From Pseudolabrys sp. (GTDB lineage: Bacteria; Pseudomonadota; Alphaproteobacteria; Rhizobiales; Xanthobacteraceae): 64,000 bases of DNA. Location: the NCBI RefSeq assembly GCF_035943735.1, contig NZ_DASZBV010000019.1, positions 5,463-69,462 on the forward strand, in the 5' to 3' direction. Below are positions 9,397-18,378 of the stretch, one piece after another. A program made the translations under genes and the position numbers. The stretch's first letter is position 1. The number at the start of each line of letters is the position of its first letter. The notes under the pieces were generated by a model. That model had not been told where the DNA came from. It did not search any database and saw only the letters and a program-made list of their open reading frames with translations.

Positions 9397-9888
9397 ATGT
9401 CGCCGACCGTCAAAATTGCCGCCGGGCTTGCTGCCGCTTTCGCGCTCTCGCTGCCCGCTCATGGGCAAGGGCTCGTGACCGAAAAGAACATTTCTCTCGC
9501 GATGGCGCAGTCCATCGCCAATGGCGCGCTCGAGAAATGTCAGAGTATGAGCTACAAGGTATCGGTGGTGGTCCTCGACCGCGCCGGGGTGCAGATCGTG
9601 ATGTTGCGCGGCGACGGCGCCGGCTTGCACACGGTCGAGGGCGCCGACCGCAAGGCCTACACCGCGCGTACATACAGAGCGCCTTCGGCCGATTTCGCAA
9701 AGCGGGTGGGGAGCGACCCCGGCTACGCGCAGGCGGTGCATTACAGCCGCGTGCTGGCGCTCGGCGGCGGCCTGCCGATCAAGGCCGGCAACGAGGTGGT
9801 CGGCGCCGTCGGCGTGTCGGGATCGCCGGGCAAGGACGATGTCTGCTCGCAAGCCGGCATCGACAAGGTGGCCGACCAGCTCAAGTGA
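9397..9888 (+). CDS. GlcG/HbpS-like (DUF336) heme-binding protein, secreted
   Basis: ATG at 9397 after AGGGAGA, plus a signal peptide. DUF336-like core (VVVLDRAG...GGGLPI...VVGAVGVSGSPG.DD.C). Confidence 0.8.
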   Translation: MSPTVKIAAGLAAAFALSLPAHGQGLVTEKNISLAMAQSIANGALEKCQSMSYKVSVVVLDRAGVQIVMLRGDGAGLHTVEGADRKAYTARTYRAPSADFAKRVGSDPGYAQAVHYSRVLALGGGLPIKAGNEVVGAVGVSGSPGKDDVCSQAGIDKVADQLK

Positions 9889-9934
9889 TCGCAGCGCAAA
9901 CTGGCACGCGGGACGAAGTGAAGTCCGCCGGTGG

Positions 9935-10642
9935 TTAGCGCGCCGCCACCACCTTATGCGTCTGCTCGCCCAGCCCGTCGATTGACGCGGTGACGACGTC
10001 GCCGGGCTGCAAATACGCCGGCGGCTTCTGCCCGAGGCCGACGCCGGCGGGCGTGCCGGTCAGGATGACGTCGCCGGGCTGCAGGCTCATGAAGCGGCTG
10101 ATGTAGGCGACGAGCGCGGCCACCGAGAAGATCATGTCGCGTGTCGAGCCGTTCTGCTTGACGACGCCGTTGACGGCGAGGCGCAGGCCGAGCGCCTGCG
10201 GGTCGGGGATCTCATCGCGCGTGGCGAGCCACGGCCCGAGCGGGCCGAAGGTGTCGCAGCTCTTGCCCTTGAAGCCCTGGCCGGCGCGGTTGAACTGGAA
10301 GTCGCGCTCGGAGAAATCGATGCCGAGGACGTAGCCGGCGACGTGGTCGAGCGCGCGCGCTTCCGCGATGTAGACGCCGGGCGTGCCGATGACGACGCCG
10401 AGCTCGACCTCCCAGTCGATGCCTTTGGAGTCGCGCGGGATGACGACATCGTCGTTCGGGCCGCACAGCGCGCTGGTCGCCTTGAGGAACAGCGTCGGCT
10501 CCTTCGGCAGCGGCAGGCCGGTTTCCTCGGCGTGGTCGCGGTAATTCAGCCCGACGCCGACGATCTTGCCCACTTGTCGCAAGTCGAACACGTCGCCGTC
10601 GAGCGAGGCGCGCGCATCGCCGGTATACCGTACCATTTTCAT
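9935..10642 (-). CDS. fumarylacetoacetate hydrolase (FAH) family protein
   Basis: 235 aa with FAH-family motifs (GVGLNYRDH, DWEVELGVVIG, GDVILTGTPAGVG). Confidence 0.88.
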   Translation of the reverse strand: MKMVRYTGDARASLDGDVFDLRQVGKIVGVGLNYRDHAEETGLPLPKEPTLFLKATSALCGPNDDVVIPRDSKGIDWEVELGVVIGTPGVYIAEARALDHVAGYVLGIDFSERDFQFNRAGQGFKGKSCDTFGPLGPWLATRDEIPDPQALGLRLAVNGVVKQNGSTRDMIFSVAALVAYISRFMSLQPGDVILTGTPAGVGLGQKPPAYLQPGDVVTASIDGLGEQTHKVVAAR

Positions 10643-10728
10643 CGCTTCGAACTCCCGGCTTTCACGCCCTGTACAAAAGCGCCTCTGCCTGCAAACATTG
10701 CCGCAACGAAACGCGCAAGGAAACGCCC

Positions 10729-11640
10729 GTGCACTACGCCAAGCCGCCCGTCGGCATGCTGCCGAACGACCGCATCGCCTACTCGCCGATCGTCAACCGC
10801 AAGCCGCTGAAGCTGCCGAACAAGGCGCGCATGGTGGTGTGGACCGTCACCAATGTCGAGGACTGGGACCCGACCCAGACCATGCCGCGCACGGTGCTGA
10901 CGCCGCCGGCCGGCGGCTCGCCGATGCCGGACATCCCGAACTGGTGCTGGCACGAATACGGCAACCGCGTCGGCTTCTGGCGGCTGCTGCAGGTCTACGA
11001 CGAGTTCAAGATTCCCGGCGTGATGAACGTCAACGGCGTCGCCGTCGAGGCCTTCCCGGAGATGATGAAGGCCTGCGTCGACCGCAAATGGGAGTTCGTC
11101 GGCCACGGCTACACCCAGCGCAACATGCAGAAGGTGGAGAACGAACGCGCCGATATCCGCAAGAGCGCCGAGGTGCTTGAGCGCGTCACCGGCAAGCGGC
11201 CGCGCGGCTGGCTCGGGCCGGGCCTCACCGAGACATGGGAAACAGCGGATATCCTCGCGGAAGAGGGCTACGACTACGTCGCCGACTGGGTGCTCGACGA
11301 CCAGCCGGTGTGGCTGAAGACGCGCGGCAAGCCGATCCTCAACGTGCCCTACACGCAGGAATGCAACGACGTCGCCATGATGCTGATCCAGCATCATAAG
11401 GCGAACGAGTTCTACGAGCGGGCGATGGACCAGTTCGAGCAGATCTACAAGGACGCCAAGGCGCTCGACTCGGCGCGCGTCATGGCGATCTCGGTGCACC
11501 CCTACATCATGGGCGCGCCGCACCGGGCCAAATACTTTCGCATGATCTTCGAGAAGATCCGCAAGAAGAAGGACGTGCTGTTCTGGACCGGATCGCAGAT
11601 CGCCGACTGGTACATGAAGACCGGTCCGAAGGCGCCGTAA
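10729..11640 (+). CDS. polysaccharide deacetylase family protein (paralog of 5863..6747)
   Basis: 303 aa from a GTG preceded by AAGGAA; an alternative ATG is at 10756. It shares motifs with the paralog. Confidence 0.8.
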   Translation: MHYAKPPVGMLPNDRIAYSPIVNRKPLKLPNKARMVVWTVTNVEDWDPTQTMPRTVLTPPAGGSPMPDIPNWCWHEYGNRVGFWRLLQVYDEFKIPGVMNVNGVAVEAFPEMMKACVDRKWEFVGHGYTQRNMQKVENERADIRKSAEVLERVTGKRPRGWLGPGLTETWETADILAEEGYDYVADWVLDDQPVWLKTRGKPILNVPYTQECNDVAMMLIQHHKANEFYERAMDQFEQIYKDAKALDSARVMAISVHPYIMGAPHRAKYFRMIFEKIRKKKDVLFWTGSQIADWYMKTGPKAP

Positions 11641-11642
11641 GG

Positions 11643-11790
11643 ACCCGCCCCCCGCGAAGCGGTGGGGAGGGTCGGATCGCAATCGCTGCGCGATAGCGAT
11701 CCGGGGTGGGGGGACTTCACGACGGCGGGGCAAGTTCGCCCCCCACCCCCGACCCCTCCCCGCCACGCGCCAGCGCGTGTGGGGAGGGGA
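11643..11790. repeat. REP-like palindrome cluster (GGGGAGGG / CCCCACCCC type)
   Basis: GGTGGGGAGGGTCGGATCGC..GCGATCCGGGGTGGGGGG ... CCCCCCACCCC ... GTGGGGAGGGG. The motif set is shared with 5682-5836 and 61491-61600. Confidence 0.8.
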
Positions 11791-11798
11791 GAAGCAAG

Positions 11799-12287
11799 TT
11801 AGCCCTGCCCCGCCAGCTTCCGCTGCAACCGCACCACCGCGAGATCGAGCGCGGAGAGGAAACGCGACAGGTCCTGCCGCGACAGCGGCTTGGGGCCGCG
11901 CGTCTCCGCGCCGGCCGAGCGCAGGTCGGTCAGGAGATTGCGCGTCGCCAGCGCCATGTGAATGGAATCGTCGTCGAACGCCTTGCCGGTCGGACTGATG
12001 ACGCTCGCACCGTTGCGAAAGACGCGCGCGGCGAGCGGCACGTCGGCGGTGACGACGATGTCGGTTGCGCCTGCGCGCTCGACGATCCAGTCGTCGGCGA
12101 CGTCGGGACCTTCGGAGACGATGATCCGCTCAATCAGCTCGCTGCGCGGCACGTTCATGAAGGCGTTGGCGACGACATAGACCTTCAGCGCGTAGCGCTC
12201 GGCCACGCGATAGACCTCCGGCTTCACCGGGCAGGCATCGGCGTCGACGAAAATGCGGATCGCGGGCGGCTGATTTGGCGCTTCCAT
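11799..12287 (-). CDS. YaiI/YqxD family protein (UPF0178, DUF188)
   Basis: ATG at 12287 within the listed ORF 11799..12461. It aligns by eye to E. coli YaiI (FVDADACP..., ITAD.PLAA). Confidence 0.85.
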   Translation of the reverse strand: MEAPNQPPAIRIFVDADACPVKPEVYRVAERYALKVYVVANAFMNVPRSELIERIIVSEGPDVADDWIVERAGATDIVVTADVPLAARVFRNGASVISPTGKAFDDDSIHMALATRNLLTDLRSAGAETRGPKPLSRQDLSRFLSALDLAVVRLQRKLAGQG

Positions 12288-12336
12288 GGCTTGCGTCCGC
12301 GTGGTCCAATCGTTCCCGTCGTCAAGGGAGGCATCC

Positions 12337-12843
12337 ATGGCCAAGGCCCGCAGGAAAGTCCAGACGCGACGCGCGAACAAGGCGAAGGCTCCGGCGAAGA
12401 AGACGAAGAAGGCCGCCACCAAACCGGCGCGTAGAAAAGTGGCGAAAGCGAAAACGCGCAAGCCGCAGCGCTTTACCGTCAGCCATCACCGCGAGGAGGA
12501 TTTCGACCCCGGCCTGCGCGCCTATTCCGCCTACCGCGATCTCGGCCTTGCGGCCGCGACCGACGGAATGGTGCAGGCGCACGTCATCCGCATGACCCAG
12601 CCCTTCGAAGAGGGCGAAGTGTCGACGCCGCACTATCACGACGTCGATTTCCAGATGGTCTACGTGCTCAAGGGCTGGTTCATGAGCGAATTCGAGGGCG
12701 AAGGCGTGCACACCTTCACCGCCGGCTCGTGCTGGATTCAGCCGCCGAAAATCAAGCACACCGTGCGCGGCTATTCCGACGACTGCGAGCTCCTGGAGAT
12801 CGTGCTGCCGGCGGATTTCGAGACGGTGACGCTGGAAGGGTGA
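12337..12843 (+). CDS. cupin domain protein with an N-terminal Lys/Ala/Pro-rich histone-H1-like tail
   Basis: ATG at 12337 after AAGGGAGG. Residues 1-45 read MAKARRKVQTRRANKAKAPAKKTKKAATKPARRKVAKAKTRKPQR, followed by a cupin beta-barrel (HYHDVDFQMVYVLKG...H). Confidence 0.8.
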   Translation: MAKARRKVQTRRANKAKAPAKKTKKAATKPARRKVAKAKTRKPQRFTVSHHREEDFDPGLRAYSAYRDLGLAAATDGMVQAHVIRMTQPFEEGEVSTPHYHDVDFQMVYVLKGWFMSEFEGEGVHTFTAGSCWIQPPKIKHTVRGYSDDCELLEIVLPADFETVTLEG

Positions 12844-12860
12844 CGCGCGGCGGCGCGTAA

Positions 12861-12998
12861 CCCTCTCCCCCTTGTGGGAGAGGGTGGCGAGCGAAGCGAG
12901 CCGGGTGAGGGGGCCCTTCTTACGAAATCACACCCCCTCACCCGCCCTCGCTCGGCTTCGCCCCCGCTCGGGCACCCTCTCCCACGAGGGGAGAGGGG
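12861..12998. repeat. ~140-bp nested palindrome (REP/MITE-like), near-duplicate of 60041..60190
   Basis: CCCTCTCCCCC-ttg-TGGGAGAGGG ... GGGTGAGGGGG ... CCCCCTCACCC ... CCCTCTCCC-acga-GGGGAGAGGG. Confidence 0.9.
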
Positions 12999-13026
12999 AA
13001 GAGAGATCGCGGCGCAACCGCGCTCG

Positions 13027-13179
13027 CTACTTCGTCTCCACGTCGTCATCCTGCAATATCCGCAGCGCGGCGCCGTCGACGTCGCCGTACTGACCCGAGC
13101 GCAGCGCCCACAGGAAGCCGAACAAGCCGATGAGGCCGAGGCCGAGCGCCAGCGGCACCAGATAAATGAGCACGTTCAT
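13027..13179 (-). CDS. fixS: cbb3 oxidase maturation protein FixS/CcoS
   Basis: 50 aa (MNVLIYLVPLALGLGLIGLFGFLWALRSGQY.D). ATGA overlap with the fixI stop. It is the downstream part of the listed ORF 13027..13797. Confidence 0.85.
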   Translation of the reverse strand: MNVLIYLVPLALGLGLIGLFGFLWALRSGQYGDVDGAALRILQDDDVETK

Positions 13180-15344
13180 GTCCGCCCTCCCCGCGCACGC
13201 AGCGCGTTCAGCGTCACCATGAGCGACGAGCCGGACATCGCCAGCGCTGCGATGAGCGGCGTCACGAAGCCGGCAATCGCAAACGGCACGGCGATGGCGT
13301 TGTAGACGACCGCGAGCGCAAGGTTCTCGCTCATCAACCGGCGGGCGCGGCGCGCGGTGAGCACCGCGTCGGCGACCGGCCCGAGGCGTTCGCCGAGGAA
13401 GACGGCATCGGCCTGTGCCTGCGTCAGATCGGCGGCGGAGATCGGCGACAAGGACACATGCGCCGCGGCGAGAGACGGCGCGTCGTTGAGGCCGTCGCCA
13501 ACCATGAGCACACGGCGGCCGACGTGCGTGAGGCTGTCGATCATGGCAATCTTGTCGGCCGGTTTCATCTCCGCAGCCCATTCGCCGATGCCGAGCGTCT
13601 TGGCGATTGGCGCCACCGCCTCGGCGCGGTCGCCCGAGAGGATGCGCAGGTCGAGGCCGAGCGCGCGCAGGCGCGCGACCGTCTCGACCGCATCGGGGCG
13701 CAAGCTCTGCGCCACGGCAATGGCGAGCGAGCGGCTGCCATAGGCGAAATAGATATGCGACAGGCCGGGCAGCGAGGCCGGCTCGTCGAGGCCGCAAAAG
13801 GTCGCGCTGCCGAGCCGCACCTCGATGCCGTCGATTAGCGCGCGCACGCCGCGGCCCGTCTCCTCCACCGCGCCGTCGAGCGGCACGCGCGCGGCCGCCT
13901 CGCGCGCCACCGCCACGGCGAGCGGATGACGGCTCGACAGCGCCAGCCGCGCCGCGATCTGCATCAGTTCGGGATCGAGGCTTGCCGGCGCGACGACGCG
14001 CGGCTCCGGCAGCGTCAGCGTGCCGGTCTTGTCGAAGATGACGGTGTCGGCTTCCGCCAGGCGTTCGATGGTGTCGCCGGCATTGACGATGACATTGGCG
14101 CGGAACAGCGCGCCGGAGGCGACCACCTGCACGGCGGGAATCGCGAGCGCCAGCGCGCAGGGGCAGGTGATGATCAGCACGGCGATGGCGGTGACCAGCG
14201 CGTCGTGCAGCGAGGCGCCGGCGATGAGCCAGCCGATGCAGGTGAGCGCGGCGGTCACGTGCACCACCGGCGCGTAGATGCGCGAGGCGCGGTCGGCGAG
14301 CCGCATGGCGCGCGACTTGGCGCTCGCCGCCTTCTCGAGCAGCGTCTCGATCTCGTCGATGAGCGTGGCGCCGCCGGCGGCGGTAACCGCGAGCGTCAAT
14401 GCGCCGGCGTAATTGAGGCTTCCGGCATAGACGATATCGCCGGGCGCGAGCGCGCGGCGCGCGGTCTCGCCGGTGATCAGGCTCTCGTCGATCTCGGAGC
14501 GGCCGCTCTCGATGCGGCCGTCGGCCGGCACGCGTTCGCCGGGCTTGACCAGCAGGCGGTCGCCCGGCCGCACGGCTGCGACCGGCACGGTGACGAGTTC
14601 GTCGCCCCTAAGGCGATGTGCGATCTCGGCCTTCAGCGCCGCGAGATTGCCGGCGACCGCGCGGGTCCGGCGCCGCATGGCGTGCTCGAGCGCGCGGCCG
14701 ATGAGCAGGAAGAACAACAGCATGATCGCCGAATCGAAATACGTCTCGCGCGCGTGGTGCGCGGTCTCGACCACCGACATGCCGAGCGCGAGGATGACGC
14801 CGATCGAGATCGGCACATCCATGTTCGTCGAGCGCGCCTTGAGCGCGCGCCAGGCGCTCGCAAAGAACGGCCGTCCGGCATAGGCCGCGGCCGGCAGCGC
14901 GATCAGCGCCGAGGCCCAGTGGAAGAAGTCGCGCGTCTCGGGCGTCATGTCGCTGGCGTTGCCGGACCACACCGACACCGACAGCAGCATGATGTTCATC
15001 GCCGCGAACCCGGCCACGGCAAGGCAGCGCGTCAGCCGGCGCGCTTCCGCCGCCTCTTCCTGCTCGGCGCGCAGCGGCACGAAAGGATGGCCGTGATAGC
15101 CGTTCGCTTCCAGCGTCTCGATGACGCGCGAAGGCTCGAGCGGCGCGCCTTGCGTCCAGGCGACGTGCAGGCGGCGGTTGGTGTAGTTGAGCCGCACCTC
15201 GGCGATGCCAGGCAACTGCTTCACCGCGCCCTCGATGCGGCCGATGCAGGCGCCGCATGTCACGCCGTCGACCGCGAGGTCGAGGCTCAGCCGGCCGTCC
15301 GGGTCCGGCCTGGCGTAGAGCGAGAGGTCGAGGGCGGCGGACAT
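13176..15344 (-). CDS. fixI: copper-translocating P1B-type ATPase FixI/CcoI
   Basis: HMA motif GVTCGACIGRIE, CPC motif (ITCPCAL), DKTGTLT and GDGLNDAP. The ATG at 15344 overlaps the fixH stop (TAATG); the listed ORF extends to 15419. Confidence 0.93.
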   Translation of the reverse strand: MSAALDLSLYARPDPDGRLSLDLAVDGVTCGACIGRIEGAVKQLPGIAEVRLNYTNRRLHVAWTQGAPLEPSRVIETLEANGYHGHPFVPLRAEQEEAAEARRLTRCLAVAGFAAMNIMLLSVSVWSGNASDMTPETRDFFHWASALIALPAAAYAGRPFFASAWRALKARSTNMDVPISIGVILALGMSVVETAHHARETYFDSAIMLLFFLLIGRALEHAMRRRTRAVAGNLAALKAEIAHRLRGDELVTVPVAAVRPGDRLLVKPGERVPADGRIESGRSEIDESLITGETARRALAPGDIVYAGSLNYAGALTLAVTAAGGATLIDEIETLLEKAASAKSRAMRLADRASRIYAPVVHVTAALTCIGWLIAGASLHDALVTAIAVLIITCPCALALAIPAVQVVASGALFRANVIVNAGDTIERLAEADTVIFDKTGTLTLPEPRVVAPASLDPELMQIAARLALSSRHPLAVAVAREAAARVPLDGAVEETGRGVRALIDGIEVRLGSATFCGLDEPASLPGLSHIYFAYGSRSLAIAVAQSLRPDAVETVARLRALGLDLRILSGDRAEAVAPIAKTLGIGEWAAEMKPADKIAMIDSLTHVGRRVLMVGDGLNDAPSLAAAHVSLSPISAADLTQAQADAVFLGERLGPVADAVLTARRARRLMSENLALAVVYNAIAVPFAIAGFVTPLIAALAMSGSSLMVTLNALRARGGRT

Positions 15345-15835
15345 TATTTCAGGATGACTTTGCTGCGCGAACGGAAGACGCGATCGTCGCCGCGATAGAG
15401 GTCGACGATCAGCTCCCACTGGCCGGCTTGCGCATCGGCCGCGCCCTTGAACTCGCCGGCACCGATGCGCGCGAGATCGACGATGTGATCGAGCCGCTCG
15501 TCGGCCGGATGCGCCAGCCGCGCCTTGGCCAGAAGGCCGGTGAGCGGCGTGCCGTGCTCGTCGCGCGCGGTGATATCGAGCACGGCCTCGCCGGCCTTGT
15601 CGCGCGCGAGTTGGCCGGAGACCTGCCAGTGCCGCGCGTCCTGCCGCTCCGCCTTGGCGACCTCCTGCTCGAACAACTGCCCGGCCTGGTACGAGCTCGA
15701 CGTCTCGACGCCGCCGAAGGTCGAGGTCGCGGCGCGCACCATGATGCCGTTGACCACGAACACGACGCCGAAGAAGACGACCAACCAGGCGAGCACGGCG
15801 CGGCCGGTCAGTTCACGCGGCTTTTTCTGCGACAT
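15344..15835 (-). CDS. fixH: FixH/CcoH family protein
   Basis: 163 aa with one N-terminal TM segment. Its position between fixG and fixI is conserved. Confidence 0.88.
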   Translation of the reverse strand: MSQKKPRELTGRAVLAWLVVFFGVVFVVNGIMVRAATSTFGGVETSSSYQAGQLFEQEVAKAERQDARHWQVSGQLARDKAGEAVLDITARDEHGTPLTGLLAKARLAHPADERLDHIVDLARIGAGEFKGAADAQAGQWELIVDLYRGDDRVFRSRSKVILK

Positions 15836-15847
15836 GACGATTTCTCT

Positions 15848-17350
15848 CTACGGCCCGAAGAAGTGATCGCGCATCTGCGCCACCTCGCCGGTATCGACGT
15901 CGATCAGCGAAAACTGGATCGTGGTCGAGGGCGGCGGCGGCGTGCGCGAATAATCGGTGACCGTGACGCGCACCTCGCGCGTCGTGTCGGGGCCGACGTC
16001 GACCAGCAGGCGACCGTCGGCGCGCGGCGGCATGCCGACGAAATCGACGAGCGAGGCCGGCACGCCTTCGACGGCGACGATGAAATTGCGGTTCTTGAGC
16101 TGCTTGTTGACGATGCGAATGGTGTAGGCATTGCCCAGCGCGCCGTCGGACAGCCGCACATACATCGGATTGCGGTCGTGGATGACACTGATGCCTTCGC
16201 TGTCGCGGGTGGCGAGCTGGAACACCATGAGGCCGCCGACCACGACGATGATCGCCGCGTAGAGCACGGTGCGCATGCGGATCAGCTTGTAGAACGGCTG
16301 CTTGCCTTCGAGCCGCGCCTTGATGTTGAGGTCGGTGTCGAAGGCGATGAGCCGCGTCGGGCGGCCGAGCCGGGCCATCACATTGTCGCAGGCGTCGATG
16401 CACAGGCCGCACTGGATGCAGCCGAGATTGGCACCGTCGCGGATGTCGATGCCGGTCGGGCAGACATGCACGCATTGCAGGCAGTCGACGCAGTCGCCGG
16501 CGGGCGCGCCGGCGCTGCGCAGTTGCTCGGCCTTCTTCACCGAGCAACGCGGCTCGCCGCGGTCGTAGCGATAGGTGACGTTGAGCGCGTATTCGTCGGT
16601 GAGCGCCGCCTGGATGCGCGGCCACGGGCACATATACAGGCAGACCTGCTCACGCATATGGCCGGCCAGCGCATAGGTGGTGAAGGTAAGAATACCGATC
16701 CAGGCATAGGCGATGAACGGCGCCTGGCCGGTGGCGAGATCCTTCACCAGAGTCGGCGCGTCGGCGAAATAGAGCACCCAGGCGCCGCCGGTCCACCACG
16801 CCACCATCAGCCAGAGGACATGCTTGACGCCCTTGCGCGCCCAGGTCGCCGCGGTCCACTTGCGGGCGTCGCGCTGCATGTGCTCGCGGCGATCGCCTTC
16901 CACCCAGCGCTCGATGGCGAAGAACAAATCGGTCCACACCGTCTGCGGGCAGAGATAGCCGCACCAGAGGCGGCCGGCGACGGCGTTCATCAGGAACAGC
17001 GTCAGCGCGGCGAGGATGAGAAGACCGGTGAGGTAGTAGACTTCCTGCGGCCAGATCTCGATCGGAAAGAAATAGAAGCGGCGATTGGGGAAGTCGATCA
17101 GCACGGCCTGGTGCGGCGCGTTCGGGCCGCGGTCCCAGCGCACGAAGGGCAGCAAATAGTAGACGCCGAGCGTGGCGATCAGCACAGCCCATTTGATGCG
17201 ACGGAAGAAGCCATTGACGCTCTGCGGATAAATCTTGCGGCGCGGCGCGTAGAGCGGGATGTCCTCGATGACGTCATCGGCCACTGTCGGCGCGGCGGAC
17301 GCCCTCGCCGGCACTCCCGCATCCTTCACCAGTTCTTCCAGGGCCGTCAT
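15848..17350 (-). CDS. fixG: cbb3 oxidase accessory ferredoxin FixG/CcoG
   Basis: 500 aa with TM segments plus two 4Fe-4S motifs, CVDCLQCVHVCP and CIQCGLCIDACD. Confidence 0.93.
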   Translation of the reverse strand: MTALEELVKDAGVPARASAAPTVADDVIEDIPLYAPRRKIYPQSVNGFFRRIKWAVLIATLGVYYLLPFVRWDRGPNAPHQAVLIDFPNRRFYFFPIEIWPQEVYYLTGLLILAALTLFLMNAVAGRLWCGYLCPQTVWTDLFFAIERWVEGDRREHMQRDARKWTAATWARKGVKHVLWLMVAWWTGGAWVLYFADAPTLVKDLATGQAPFIAYAWIGILTFTTYALAGHMREQVCLYMCPWPRIQAALTDEYALNVTYRYDRGEPRCSVKKAEQLRSAGAPAGDCVDCLQCVHVCPTGIDIRDGANLGCIQCGLCIDACDNVMARLGRPTRLIAFDTDLNIKARLEGKQPFYKLIRMRTVLYAAIIVVVGGLMVFQLATRDSEGISVIHDRNPMYVRLSDGALGNAYTIRIVNKQLKNRNFIVAVEGVPASLVDFVGMPPRADGRLLVDVGPDTTREVRVTVTDYSRTPPPPSTTIQFSLIDVDTGEVAQMRDHFFGP

Positions 17351-17408
17351 GACGATCGTCGCATTGTTGTTGTTGCGGAAAATCTAGGTGAGGCGGGCCG
17401 CGCCTCCA

Positions 17409-17422
17409 TTGATCTTCATCAA
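17409..17422. promoter_or_regulatory. FixK/FNR-type box TTGATCTTCATCAA
   Basis: Perfect palindrome 58 nt upstream of the fixG start codon, in the fixP-fixG gap. Confidence 0.75.
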
Positions 17423-17492
17423 GCCTGCGGCTCAAAGCGGAGCGGGGCCGACTACGACGAGTCTGCCCCTGCCCCTCGCCGGCCGGGCGCGG

Positions 17493-18374
17493 CTATTTTT
17501 CGCCGCCGCCCAGCGACCAGACGTAAACGACGAGCGACTTCAGCGTCGGCTGATCGAGGCGCTGGCCCCAGGCCGGCATGACGCCGCCGCGGCCAATGGT
17601 GATGCCCTGCATGATCGTCTGCTTGTCGGAACCGTAGAGCCAGATCTTGTCGGTCAGATTGGCCGAGCCGACCTCGCGATTGCCCTTGCCCTCCGGCCCG
17701 TGGCAGGCGACGCAATTGTCGGCGAAGATCTTCTTGCCGGCTTCGAGATTGGCGCCCTGCTCCACCGGCAGGCCGGACAGGGACCGCACATAGTCGGCGA
17801 CGGTCGAGATCTGGTCCGGCTTGAGGATGCCGTCGCGGCCGAACGCCGGCATGTTGCCCTGATGGCCGGCATCGTCGCCGGAGCGGGCGCCGTGCGTCAC
17901 CGTGTTGAGGATGTCGGCGAGCTTGCCGCCCCACAGCCAGTCGTCGTCGTTAAGGTTGGGATAGCCCTTGCCGCCGCCACCGCCGGCGCCGTGGCACGGC
18001 GCGCAGTTGTCGGCGAAGGCGACGCGGCCGACCGCGCGCGCGAAGTCGGAGAGCTGCGGATCGGCGGCGATGTCGGCGACCGAGGCCGCCGACAGCTTTT
18101 CCATCATCGCGCCGCGCTTGGCCTTGAGCTCGGCGAGGTCGGTGATGATGGCGGTGCGCGTGTGCCAGCCGAACACGCCCTGCGTCGAGTTCGTGATCAG
18201 CGGCCAGGCCGGATAGACCACCCAGTAGCCGACCGCCCAGACGATGGTGATATAGAACAGCCACAGCCACCAGCGCGGCAGCGGCGTGTTGAGTTCGTGG
18301 ATGCCGTCCCACTCGTGACCGGTGGTGGCGGTGCCAGTCAGGGCATCGACGTCTTTTTTGAGTTCGTCGGCCAC
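17493..18374 (-). CDS. fixP: cytochrome cbb3 oxidase subunit III (diheme c), FixP/CcoP
   Basis: 293 aa with an N-terminal TM segment and two CxxCH motifs (CAPCHG, CVACHG). Confidence 0.95.
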   Translation of the reverse strand: MADELKKDVDALTGTATTGHEWDGIHELNTPLPRWWLWLFYITIVWAVGYWVVYPAWPLITNSTQGVFGWHTRTAIITDLAELKAKRGAMMEKLSAASVADIAADPQLSDFARAVGRVAFADNCAPCHGAGGGGGKGYPNLNDDDWLWGGKLADILNTVTHGARSGDDAGHQGNMPAFGRDGILKPDQISTVADYVRSLSGLPVEQGANLEAGKKIFADNCVACHGPEGKGNREVGSANLTDKIWLYGSDKQTIMQGITIGRGGVMPAWGQRLDQPTLKSLVVYVWSLGGGEK

Positions 18375-18378
18375 GGCT

